Sequence record: PQ362703.1 | DNA: 64,000 bases | Direction: 5' to 3' (one strand) | From: Escherichia phage vB_EcoP_PW8 | Shown here: one piece after another, positions 1 through 7,911 of the stretch | Numbering within the stretch: the stretch's first letter is position 1 | Layout of the letters: each line of letters begins with the position of its first letter | Translations under genes and position numbers: made by a program | The notes under the pieces: generated by a model | Told to the model about the DNA's origin: nothing | The model's database searches: none | Seen by the model: the letters and a program-made list of their open reading frames with translations, nothing else

Positions 1-257
1 TCCATGAATACAGCAGTCTTACCTGCACCACGGAAGCACAGGTTAACTACATACTGGTTCGGACTAATCATCTTATCCAGCATCTTCAAGTGAACTGGCG
101 GTGTTTTGTTGGATTCACCTTCCTTACCATTAACCAACTTAATGAAGTTGGCAAAGGTAAGAGCAAACTGACTAGGAACATAGTTAGATGAATTTAGGTG
201 GGAGTAATCCACCTGGTCTAGCCATTCATCCAGTTCCTGTTTAATTAACTCAGACAT
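1..257 (-). CDS. 5'-truncated-by-window P-loop protein, probable terminase large subunit (N-terminal ~85 aa only)
   Basis: Minus-strand ORF starting ATG at 257..255 and running off the window start; translation ends ...NLCFRGAGKTAVFM, a Walker A P-loop of the kind seen in terminase ATPase domains; position matches the right-end genes of N4-like genomes. Confidence 0.4.
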   Translation of the reverse strand, partial: MSELIKQELDEWLDQVDYSHLNSSNYVPSQFALTFANFIKLVNGKEGESNKTPPVHLKMLDKMISPNQYVVNLCFRGAGKTAVFM

Positions 258-939
258 CTGTAATGTCCTCATCTGCACGTACTAGTTTAGAACCAGCAAC
301 CTCTTTGGTAGGTACACCACTATTGATTGCATTAATCTGCTGTTCAGCTAATGCAGCAAGTGTTGCCTTGAGGTCGGTCAATCCAGAGTTCTCTCTCAAG
401 TCCAGATTGATATTTGTTACCTGGTCTTTTGGTTTAGCTAAGTGAGTAAGGATAGAGTTAGCTGCATCACATCTTACCTTCTCGCTTGCTGCTGTAGTCA
501 TCAGTTCAACCTGAACGTTGATTGCCTTCTGGTAGTTGTCCTGGTTCACAATCCACACTGGAACCAGACTTTGTTCCATGATGAGGTTAACTAACTTACC
601 TCTGTGATATGCAGATACATAAGCACTAATATCTTTCTCACTGGTTCCTCGTGCTACTAGTTCTGCTTGTCGGTTAGGGAATGTCTTGAAGTAGGCTTCC
701 TTATTTGAGTAGCCCATATGTTTATAAGTCACATACTGAACTGCATTCATGTAGTCCTGCGTCTTAAACTTACCTTCCTTCATTACACCAGAGTAGGAGA
801 TAAAGTTTTCACGGAAGGACTCAGCAACCAGTTGATCTTGGATTATGTTGTTAATTGTGTCTACCAACTCCTGGGTCACACTGTTCTTAAAGTTAGTAGG
901 TAGTGCATTAATAATCTGCTGCTTAGTTAGTTCACTCAT
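250..939 (-). CDS. hypothetical protein upstream of the terminase-like gene (N4 gp69-like position; possibly small terminase subunit)
   Basis: 229-aa ORF from track; stop TGA at 250-252 overlaps the next start by a few nt (operon-like); no diagnostic motif. Confidence 0.5.
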   Translation of the reverse strand: MSELTKQQIINALPTNFKNSVTQELVDTINNIIQDQLVAESFRENFISYSGVMKEGKFKTQDYMNAVQYVTYKHMGYSNKEAYFKTFPNRQAELVARGTSEKDISAYVSAYHRGKLVNLIMEQSLVPVWIVNQDNYQKAINVQVELMTTAASEKVRCDAANSILTHLAKPKDQVTNINLDLRENSGLTDLKATLAALAEQQINAINSGVPTKEVAGSKLVRADEDITDV

Positions 940-1109
940 ACTTATCTCGCTACAAAGTTATGTCTATTAAAGAAGATTCTTTTCTTGGGGTGAGTTACCC
1001 CTTGAATAGACGATACCATACAGTTACACTTTAGTCATGATATAGAAAAGTTCATGATACTGTATAGTATGTAATGTTCCGATGACCTTATTCCCCAAAG
1101 GAGTAACCT

Positions 1110-1400
1110 TTGAGAATCTATATGAGAGTCCACGACTCTAAAGATGAATACAAAGAGCTAGACCACACCAAGGCTGGTATTCTTTCAGGTGATATTATCA
1201 TTACCCATGATGAAGATACTTACCATGAATTAGCTGGGATGATGCTGTTAGATAATCGTCATGGCATTAAGATCCTAGAACCAAGAGAAACTTACTCTTT
1301 AGAAAAACGTCCTTCATCTCTTGTGTTCTTCACAAAATTACCTCATAGTGTCTCCGTCAGTCGAAGCAAAGACAGTGTTCGGATGATGGTGACGATGTGA
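1110..1400 (+). CDS. hypothetical early protein
   Basis: 96-aa ORF, TTG start preceded by GGAG at about -10; followed by intrinsic terminator. Confidence 0.45.
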   Translation: MRIYMRVHDSKDEYKELDHTKAGILSGDIIITHDEDTYHELAGMMLLDNRHGIKILEPRETYSLEKRPSSLVFFTKLPHSVSVSRSKDSVRMMVTM

Positions 1401-1548
1401 TTAGTCATGCCGCCTAGTAGACAGTGGCGGTACTCGTAAAGAGTTAATAACTTCTACAGTCAGGGTTGCCCGGCTCCTTTCCTACCTAGTAGGCTAACGA
1501 TACACATGTATCTAGGGTGATGAACTGACCCGTGATAGAAAACGGTAA

Positions 1549-1584
1549 GGGGTAGAGTCGAGAGGCTCTACCCCATTTCTTTTT
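1549..1584 (+). terminator. rho-independent terminator
   Basis: GGGGTAGAG / CTCTACCCC 9-bp stem followed by ATTTCTTTTT. Confidence 0.6.
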
Positions 1585-1600
1585 CAGGAGGTATGCAATT

Positions 1601-1996
1601 ATGAGCATCTACGCCTTTGACATTGATATTACCGGTGTACTCCGTAAGCAGGAACCCTACTACCTAGGGGAACCTGAGATGGTTAGTAAATTCCTATCTA
1701 AACATGTAGTCTTCCTACCAGACTGTGGGGAATCCCATGAGATAGTTGGTTCATTTTTCTTAAGTAATCTGCAAATTAACACTGAGATACTTACTGAACC
1801 AAAGGTGTATGATCTTACTGAGTACTCTGACTTCGAAACATTCTTCCCAGGAATCAGGTTCTATAAAGTACCTGGTTGGGAAATGATTGTTGAACATAAC
1901 CTATTTAATAAAACGCTTTCCGTTTACTTCAGACACATTCCTAAAGGAAGGAAAATCCATCATGAAATTCATACTAACCGCCCCCAGTTTTGTTAA
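1601..1996 (+). CDS. small early protein, paralog family member 1
   Basis: 131-aa ORF with AGGAGG RBS; carries motif VVFLPDCGESHEIVGSFFL shared with neighbouring ORFs. Confidence 0.55.
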   Translation: MSIYAFDIDITGVLRKQEPYYLGEPEMVSKFLSKHVVFLPDCGESHEIVGSFFLSNLQINTEILTEPKVYDLTEYSDFETFFPGIRFYKVPGWEMIVEHNLFNKTLSVYFRHIPKGRKIHHEIHTNRPQFC

Positions 1997-2276
1997 AGGG
2001 GAATTCTTATACACAACAGACTTTACTTTAGAAGAAGTCATAGATAGCAATCCTCAGCATGTAATCCTGGTTCCTACCTTAGAGGATTATCATGAAGTAA
2101 GGGGTCAGCTCTTCTTATCAGGTAACGACCGTAAAGTTGTATGCATCATTCCTCCATCAGTGTATACCGATAGTAGTGCGTATGACGCTTTGCCTTTCAT
2201 GATGGTATCCGATAACTACCAATGGGATTGTAGGCATGAGGATGAGAAATACCATTACTACTATGTAAGGAAGTAA
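1962..2276 (+). CDS. small early protein, paralog family member 2
   Basis: Track ORF 1887..2276 trimmed to internal ATG (Met26) preceded by AAGGAAGG; motif VILVPTLEDYHEVRGQLFL. Confidence 0.5.
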   Translation: MKFILTAPSFVKGEFLYTTDFTLEEVIDSNPQHVILVPTLEDYHEVRGQLFLSGNDRKVVCIIPPSVYTDSSAYDALPFMMVSDNYQWDCRHEDEKYHYYYVRK

Positions 2277-2279
2277 GAT

Positions 2280-2603
2280 ATGCACCTGTATTGCCTGCTT
2301 AGTTTTGCCACTACATGTTATTTATCCCCATACACGCTGGATAATATTCTGGCAGGTAAGGGCAGTGTTACCACCATCCTGTATGAACCAAGTGAAGAAG
2401 CAGAAGAGTTCATTGGTTCCTGTATCATGTTAGGAATACCTATTACCTTGACTAAGATAAATACTTCCATTGTAGTACCAGAAGGTAAGCTAGTGTATAT
2501 CTTCTCTTCCCAAGAACCCATGGTAGTTACTACCCTAACTGGTAGACTTATTACCCTCTATCCTTCTACCTCATATTTATCTAGCGACGAGTGTGCCCCA
2601 TGA
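2280..2603 (+). CDS. small early protein, divergent paralog 3
   Basis: 107-aa ORF with AAGGAAG RBS; degenerate copy of the motif (TILYEPSEEAEEFIGSCIML). Confidence 0.5.
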   Translation: MHLYCLLSFATTCYLSPYTLDNILAGKGSVTTILYEPSEEAEEFIGSCIMLGIPITLTKINTSIVVPEGKLVYIFSSQEPMVVTTLTGRLITLYPSTSYLSSDECAP

Positions 2604-2938
2604 ATAGAGTACTGTATCTCCATCAGTATAAGGATGAAGTCTCTGTTTACTCCGAGAATATCAATGAAGCTATTGAGTGGTTACTACTACAAGACTGTCA
2701 TATGCTTATGCTATCAGGAGATCTAGCAGATAGTACCCGTGGTTCAATTCTTCTACTTAATAGCCCGGCTAAGTTAACCATCCTTAATCCGGGGGAATTC
2801 ATAAAGATACCTGCTGGTGAATCTGCATTCTTGTTCTTTGAACCAAGGATAGAAGAAGGGTTTGTCGGGCTTACTATAGATAGTAGACCTAATAAAGATT
2901 TTAAAAGAGTAAGGATTATATCCCATGAAACTTACTAA
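2600..2938 (+). CDS. small early protein, divergent paralog 4
   Basis: Track ORF 2591..2938 trimmed to ATG at 2600 (ATGA overlap with previous stop); weak copy of motif. Confidence 0.45.
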   Translation: MNRVLYLHQYKDEVSVYSENINEAIEWLLLQDCHMLMLSGDLADSTRGSILLLNSPAKLTILNPGEFIKIPAGESAFLFFEPRIEEGFVGLTIDSRPNKDFKRVRIISHETY

Positions 2939-3251
2939 GATAGGTTATGCTGGTGGACCTATTTCCACTACCCATACAACCTTACAAGACCTTGTGCCAG
3001 GTAGGCTCACTCCTATTATCCTAGTACCGGACGAACAAACACTGCACGAAGTTAAAGGATTAGCTTTATTACTAAACAAGGAGGTTATCGTAGAAGTCCT
3101 TGAACCAGGAAAAGAACTACCATGGTCCTCCTACATGTACTCCCCCTGGCATGTGAATGCGGATAAGTACACTCTTACCTTTGGTATCACAAATGAACTG
3201 CAAACCCCTCACTTGGTATATGCTTCCTCCTATTTATCTGCTTATAAGTAA
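2925..3251 (+). CDS. small early protein, paralog family member 5
   Basis: 108-aa ORF; motif IILVPDEQTLHEVKGLALL. Confidence 0.5.
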   Translation: MKLTKIGYAGGPISTTHTTLQDLVPGRLTPIILVPDEQTLHEVKGLALLLNKEVIVEVLEPGKELPWSSYMYSPWHVNADKYTLTFGITNELQTPHLVYASSYLSAYK

Positions 3252-3395
3252 GATAGCTATCATATTTTTGCATATGAAAAGTAGCATAGTTATGTATGGC
3301 TATAGTGCTACACCTGGGGCTACACCCTTACACTCAACCATCCCCCCCGGTATGTTGACGGTGTAGCCACTACCCTACCCCACCTTACACGTTAC

Positions 3396-3410
3396 ACATG
3401 CTCCGCATGT
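3396..3410 (+). promoter_or_regulatory. conserved hairpin ACATGC-TCC-GCATGT, candidate virion-RNAP early promoter
   Basis: 6-bp stem, 3-nt loop about 45 nt upstream of the 3453 gene; same GC-TCC-GC core as hairpins at 3885 and 7048. Confidence 0.35.
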
Positions 3411-3452
3411 TATGGACATGTCGTCCTATCATCAACTATTGGAGCTATCATC

Positions 3453-3776
3453 ATGACTACTCAAGCTACTGTACGTATGACTGCAGGAACTTTACTTGGT
3501 ACTGTTAACTCAGCTGCTACTACTGTTGCAGATACATTCAGCACTGCAACTAAAGCAGTAGGTATGCTTAATTCGTATGTTAGTACGATGGCAGAGAAAC
3601 AAGCCATTCGTACTAAATTAGAAATGCATACCTTTGTTAATAAACTGGCTGAAGAAACAGCTATGACCGAGACTCTGCGTAAGAAAAGTATTGAGGAATT
3701 CTGCAAGGATTCAGAGAACGCTCGTATCTATAACGCAGAATATTCAAAAGTAATCGACATCCTGACTAAAGACTAA
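3453..3776 (+). CDS. hypothetical early protein
   Basis: 107-aa ORF, GGAG RBS; flanked by promoter-like hairpin and strong terminator. Confidence 0.6.
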   Translation: MTTQATVRMTAGTLLGTVNSAATTVADTFSTATKAVGMLNSYVSTMAEKQAIRTKLEMHTFVNKLAEETAMTETLRKKSIEEFCKDSENARIYNAEYSKVIDILTKD

Positions 3777-3784
3777 GTCACCTA

Positions 3785-3810
3785 GGAGGCTCTTCGGAGT
3801 CTCCTTTTAT
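3785..3810 (+). terminator. rho-independent terminator (TTCG tetraloop)
   Basis: GGAGGCTC-TTCG-GAGTCTCC followed by TTTTAT. Confidence 0.65.
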
Positions 3811-3884
3811 AAACATTAGATAGATAGTCAAAAGTAGATAACTATCTACTTTAAGTTAACTAACTCGCACTATCTTTAAAAGAA

Positions 3885-3899
3885 AGACGCTCCGCGTCT
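3885..3899 (+). promoter_or_regulatory. conserved hairpin AGACGC-TCC-GCGTCT, candidate virion-RNAP early promoter
   Basis: 6-bp stem, 3-nt TCC loop directly upstream of the 3911/4010 gene. Confidence 0.35.
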
Positions 3900-4009
3900 A
3901 AAGGATAAGAATGAATCCACTTCTTATCGAAATCTTAAGTCTTTTCTTGGGTTTAGTCACCGACGGACAAACCCATAAATCAAAAAATCATTTATCTGGA
4001 GAGTACAAA

Positions 4010-4390
4010 ATGTCTATTCAAAAATTCACTTTCGGTCAATCTAACGCTGCTGCTTCTACTGCTAAAACTGATAAACCAAAAGCTCAGTTATGGCTGAACA
4101 TTGGTTATGTAGCTAATGAAGGCTCTGATGATGAGAAATTCATCTCTCTGCCTACTGGTATTCCACTGGATACTCAGGAACCGCTGCCTACTAATAGCAG
4201 CAATGCTGACTTCCGTGCTATGCGTTGTGCACAGAACGACTTGCTGGAACAGTTAATCGCATATGCTCAGAACCTGGAACCAGGTGAAGAGGGTATCATT
4301 AACCTGCAAGTTCAACTTCGTCGTGTGAAAGCAGAGGCTGCTGACATCCCAGCAGACGAGAATAAATATGCCCGTAAACTGACTTTCTAA
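4010..4390 (+). CDS. hypothetical early protein
   Basis: Track ORF 3911..4390; internal ATG at 4010 (Met34) has GGAGAG RBS, whereas the 3911 start sits on the hairpin; alternative start 3911. Confidence 0.55.
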   Translation: MSIQKFTFGQSNAAASTAKTDKPKAQLWLNIGYVANEGSDDEKFISLPTGIPLDTQEPLPTNSSNADFRAMRCAQNDLLEQLIAYAQNLEPGEEGIINLQVQLRRVKAEAADIPADENKYARKLTF

Positions 4391-4399
4391 TCAACTACT

Positions 4400-4427
4400 A
4401 GACTCCCTTCGGGGAGTCTTTTATTTT
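4400..4427 (+). terminator. rho-independent terminator (TTCG tetraloop)
   Basis: AGACTCCC-TTCG-GGGAGTCT perfect 8-bp stem followed by TTTTATTTTT. Confidence 0.7.
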
Positions 4428-4530
4428 TAACTATGCGAAAGGCTATTTCTACTTTTTGAGTATCTTTAGACGAAGGGTACTGAAACAGTAACCAGATAGA
4501 TATAGATTTATATTAGAAGAGGAATTAACC

Positions 4531-4719
4531 ATGTTAGATTTCATCACTTTCTGTGTAATCTTCTACTTTCTGGGTTGGAAGTTACGTCATAAATGGTTGC
4601 TTATTGCTAAGCTGCCATTCGTTACTATCGAGTGTCTCATTGCTAGTGTTAAACATAAGAAAGCAATGACTCAGTACTACAAGCAACAAGCAGAAGAGTT
4701 TGCAAAGAGGAACCAGTGA
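4531..4719 (+). CDS. small membrane protein
   Basis: 62-aa ORF, AGAGGA RBS, hydrophobic N-terminal segment. Confidence 0.5.
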   Translation: MLDFITFCVIFYFLGWKLRHKWLLIAKLPFVTIECLIASVKHKKAMTQYYKQQAEEFAKRNQ

Positions 4720-4898
4720 TATTCACTAACATAGAAGATGCCATTGAAGAATGTATCTTTCGTAGGTATCACACTGGTGTACAGAAACGACACTATGGTG
4801 TTGTGCAACTCAATGGTTATCAAATGGTTGTAAGAATTGTACGTAACAATAAACCTTTTAACTTTATGTGGAGTACTAAATCATGCGTAAATCATTAA
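4716..4898 (+). CDS. hypothetical protein
   Basis: 60-aa ORF, GTG start overlapping previous stop, AAGAGG RBS. Confidence 0.4.
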   Translation: MIFTNIEDAIEECIFRRYHTGVQKRHYGVVQLNGYQMVVRIVRNNKPFNFMWSTKSCVNH

Positions 4899-5011
4899 TC
4901 ATGGGAACCAAAGAAGATGTACAGAAGATGAAAGGGCGTCTGGCTGCTAAGAAACAGGCATCTGAACCAGTACGTAAGATTGTTACCTTCAACCATCCAT
5001 GTATCAAATAA
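4883..5011 (+). CDS. possible small basic protein (42 aa)
   Basis: ATG ORF below track cutoff, ends immediately before a strong terminator; not supported beyond ORF geometry. Confidence 0.25.
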   Translation: MRKSLIMGTKEDVQKMKGRLAAKKQASEPVRKIVTFNHPCIK

Positions 5012-5014
5012 CAA

Positions 5015-5047
5015 GGAGTCCTCCATTAGGAGGGCTTCTATTTTTTA
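5015..5047 (+). terminator. rho-independent terminator
   Basis: GGAGTCCTCC-ATTA-GGAGGGCTTC stem (two G.U pairs) followed by TATTTTTTATT. Confidence 0.6.
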
Positions 5048-5089
5048 TTCTTGAATAGTTAGATATGTATTTAAATAGGAGAAATAACC

Positions 5090-5407
5090 TTGAACGAAAT
5101 TGTTTGTATACTTCCACATTCAGCTAAGATAGCTGACCGGAATATACGTATCCACTTACCATTCCCACTAAGCAATCCATTCTCTCGTAATGAAAGAACC
5201 ACAGTAGAAGATATAGAGGTAGCTTATGAAGCTTACCTTCGTAATCGTCTTATTAGTGGTGACAAGTTAATTACAGCAGAGATGGAAAGGATTGCATCCT
5301 TTGTAACAGATAGTACAGGTAAGCCTGTAGGCCTAATAGGTACTGAATCTGATGTAAATGTTATTCGTAAAATACTACTGGAGGCACTAAGTGAACAACC
5401 TCAGTGA
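5090..5407 (+). CDS. hypothetical protein
   Basis: 105-aa ORF, TTG start with TAGGAG RBS. Confidence 0.5.
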   Translation: MNEIVCILPHSAKIADRNIRIHLPFPLSNPFSRNERTTVEDIEVAYEAYLRNRLISGDKLITAEMERIASFVTDSTGKPVGLIGTESDVNVIRKILLEALSEQPQ

Positions 5408-5624
5408 TGTAATTGTAGGTAATGAGATATTCGTTGACCGAAAAGGCTATGCAAGAATTAAACTAAAGGGTACTAACAGAACTATTGTTCGTAAGGTGTA
5501 CTCTAAACCTTTTAGCAATTTCTCTATTGATGAAGTACGCATTAATAACAAGATGTACTTCATAGATAGTAAAGTATCTGTATGCCATACAGATGGTAAA
5601 ACCTCTCTTGAATATACTTACTAA
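5391..5624 (+). CDS. hypothetical protein
   Basis: 77-aa ORF, GTG start with GGAGG RBS. Confidence 0.45.
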   Translation: MNNLSDVIVGNEIFVDRKGYARIKLKGTNRTIVRKVYSKPFSNFSIDEVRINNKMYFIDSKVSVCHTDGKTSLEYTY

Positions 5625-5636
5625 GGAGTAAGCAAA

Positions 5637-5858
5637 ATGCTGTTCAGCACTAATTATGGAATCTGCCCAATCTGTAAGAAAGGAAGAGGAGTTGCTAATC
5701 ATAAGAAGTGTAGTCGTATCCTACAGAAACAACGGAACCAGAAGGAATGGGATAAGATACTGGAAAATCAGCACAAAGATGAGTTCAAGGAGACAGCTAT
5801 TAAAGCATCTACTCAGCTTATTCGTCGTACTAACTTCATAGAAGGCTACCAGAAATGA
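5637..5858 (+). CDS. small protein with CxxC pair (possible Zn-ribbon)
   Basis: 73-aa ORF, TAAGGAG RBS; N-terminal CPICKK...C. Confidence 0.5.
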   Translation: MLFSTNYGICPICKKGRGVANHKKCSRILQKQRNQKEWDKILENQHKDEFKETAIKASTQLIRRTNFIEGYQK

Positions 5859-6109
5859 TTATTACGTATCCTACGGGCAAGAACGTGGAATATATGAAAC
5901 ATACTATTCAAGTGCCTCACTGGGTTAAGTATATAGCGTTATATACTCGACAGTATAAGAGTGCTAATACCTCATTAATAGGATTCTCTAAGAAGCCTAA
6001 ACTAACAGAAAACAATATCTGGGTATCCTCTGGGAGACAAGAAGAGATTGGTTTTTGCGATTTGAGTATTGTCGATAATAACATCTATGGGACATTGAGA
6101 AAGGTATGA
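5855..6109 (+). CDS. hypothetical protein
   Basis: 84-aa ORF, start overlaps previous stop. Confidence 0.5.
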   Translation: MIITYPTGKNVEYMKHTIQVPHWVKYIALYTRQYKSANTSLIGFSKKPKLTENNIWVSSGRQEEIGFCDLSIVDNNIYGTLRKV

Positions 6110-6426
6110 AAACTATTCTAGTAGTTCATGATTCTACATTTACTGATGTAGATAAGATGATGCGTAATATTGATTATGTATCTCAGACAAGCCAGGCATT
6201 CAACGAAGAGTTTACTCTCTACTGTAATGCTAAATCACCGCTGGTTCCTATTCTTAAGGAATCAGGTCTACCCTTCTCTACAGAGAACTTCCCGGAAGAA
6301 CCAGACTATGTAATCTCATTTATCTATGACTTACATGATGGTTCTGAAATAAGTGAATTAGCTATGAACCAGTGGCGTAGTAAACGTCCTGTGTTCGCAT
6401 TTCAGGTACTTAAACCAAAGGATTAA
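6106..6426 (+). CDS. hypothetical protein
   Basis: 106-aa ORF, translationally coupled. Confidence 0.5.
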   Translation: MKTILVVHDSTFTDVDKMMRNIDYVSQTSQAFNEEFTLYCNAKSPLVPILKESGLPFSTENFPEEPDYVISFIYDLHDGSEISELAMNQWRSKRPVFAFQVLKPKD

Positions 6427-6428
6427 AT

Positions 6429-6779
6429 ATGAAAGAAATCTTAGTATTCACTACCAATGTACTTGGGCAGCATACTAATGCTGCTGCCAAATTAGCTTAT
6501 AAGAAACACGGTGCTCGCTGGGGTATGGCCTATGGTCATTATGGTAATAGCTTTGCCATTCCAGTAAGAGATGGCAATGGTAACCGAATTAAAGAGGGAG
6601 CTATTTATGGCTTCATCGAAGGCTTCATTGCCTATTCATCTTCTAATCCACAGTGGGATTTTAAAGTCATGAGTAATGACTATCTGGACCCATACCAGTT
6701 CATCAATGTAACAGGCAATGTACTGTTACCAGAAGCATGGCGTAAACACTTAGGTGATGCTTACAACTACTGGAGTTAA
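6429..6779 (+). CDS. hypothetical protein
   Basis: 116-aa ORF. Confidence 0.5.
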   Translation: MKEILVFTTNVLGQHTNAAAKLAYKKHGARWGMAYGHYGNSFAIPVRDGNGNRIKEGAIYGFIEGFIAYSSSNPQWDFKVMSNDYLDPYQFINVTGNVLLPEAWRKHLGDAYNYWS

Positions 6780-6781
6780 TA

Positions 6782-7042
6782 ATGACATATGAAGAACTGT
6801 GGTCTGCTCAAGTCAGAGCCAGAGCACTCACACGACACGATATCTATTATGCATTACAAAATGAATTAAAGAGTCGTACTAAGCTGGGTCACATATCTGG
6901 TTTTATTAAGATACCTATGACTAGCCTAGTCTGGCCTTATCAAAAGAAAAGTAATGAGTTTAACAGTAATGGTCTGCATGTACGTATCGACTACCTTGGT
7001 CAAGAGAACAGTATTCGTATTACCTTTTGGACTAAGCGTTAG
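6782..7042 (+). CDS. hypothetical protein
   Basis: 86-aa ORF. Confidence 0.5.
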   Translation: MTYEELWSAQVRARALTRHDIYYALQNELKSRTKLGHISGFIKIPMTSLVWPYQKKSNEFNSNGLHVRIDYLGQENSIRITFWTKR

Positions 7043-7047
7043 GTAAC

Positions 7048-7062
7048 AGCTGCTCCGCAGCT
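7048..7062 (+). promoter_or_regulatory. conserved hairpin AGCTGC-TCC-GCAGCT, candidate virion-RNAP early promoter (or terminator)
   Basis: 6-bp stem, TCC loop, 34 nt upstream of the RNA polymerase II subunit gene; followed by TTTTGG. Confidence 0.35.
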
Positions 7063-7095
7063 TTTGGTTATTAATCACATTTAGGAGAATAAGCG

Positions 7096-7911
7096 ATGTA
7101 CTCATCTATTGAACATCAGAAGCAGCTCGAAAAACTATTCAATAAAAATCAGCTCTTGCCTCGCATGAGGAAGGAATTCGAGGACTCCGAAGAAATTGAC
7201 TTTAAGGCTTTTGCTGCCTATTTAGAAATTGATTATAAGCTGCTCATTGATGCAATGGTGCAGATTGCCCTACATAAACGTGCTGACATCCAAACTATGA
7301 TTGGCTCTCTCATGAGTCATTCAGATGATGCTCAGTATATCGCTGACTGTCTGTATAAGATGGCAGAGAATGACTGCTTCAACTATGACCCTACCATCGA
7401 CAAGTTCGGTGTTATTTATGAGATTAGTGAAGATGTACAGATGGAACTGGAAGCATTCCAGTACCCATTGCCTATCGTAAGTGCTCCTAAGCCTGTTAAG
7501 TGTAACCGTGATACTGGTTACTACGAAAGCAGAGGTAGCATCATCCTCAAGAAGAACCATCATGAGATGGATGTCTGTCTTGACCATATCAACCGTATGA
7601 ACAATCAACGTCTCTGCATTAACTGGGACGTTGCTAACTATGTAAAAGACTCCCGTCCTAACATGGATAAACCCAAAGAGGGTGAAACCCGTCAGGACTA
7701 CGAGAAGCGTGTTAAAGCCTTTGAGAAGTACAGCCGTACAGCTAAGGAAGTAATGGAGCTAGTGACCAAAGAAGGTAATAACTTCTCCTTGGCTCATCGT
7801 TACGATAAGAGAGGACGCACTTACTGTTCCGGATATCATATATCCTATCAAGGCACTTCCTATAACAAAGCTGTTATTGAATTTGCAGACAAAGAACTAG
7901 TAGAGGACTAA
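7096..7911 (+). CDS. phage RNA polymerase II small subunit (N4 gp15-like; N-terminal part of a T7-like single-subunit RNAP)
   Basis: 271 aa, matching the size of N4 RNAPII small subunit (established knowledge); sits upstream of the ORF carrying the T7-RNAP catalytic motifs. Confidence 0.55.
   Translation: MYSSIEHQKQLEKLFNKNQLLPRMRKEFEDSEEIDFKAFAAYLEIDYKLLIDAMVQIALHKRADIQTMIGSLMSHSDDAQYIADCLYKMAENDCFNYDPTIDKFGVIYEISEDVQMELEAFQYPLPIVSAPKPVKCNRDTGYYESRGSIILKKNHHEMDVCLDHINRMNNQRLCINWDVANYVKDSRPNMDKPKEGETRQDYEKRVKAFEKYSRTAKEVMELVTKEGNNFSLAHRYDKRGRTYCSGYHISYQGTSYNKAVIEFADKELVED

Noticed and set aside
987-1001. Hairpin GGGGTG-AGT-TACCCC as a fourth vRNAP promoter
   Set aside because: Loop and stem differ from the GC-TCC-GC family, and it pairs better on the non-template strand; noted only as a feature of the putative genome-end region
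3911-4009. Upstream ATG start (3911) for the 4010..4390 gene
   Set aside because: The 3911 start sits right on the promoter-like hairpin and encodes an odd hydrophobic leader; the internal ATG at 4010 has a proper GGAGAG RBS. Kept as an alternative only
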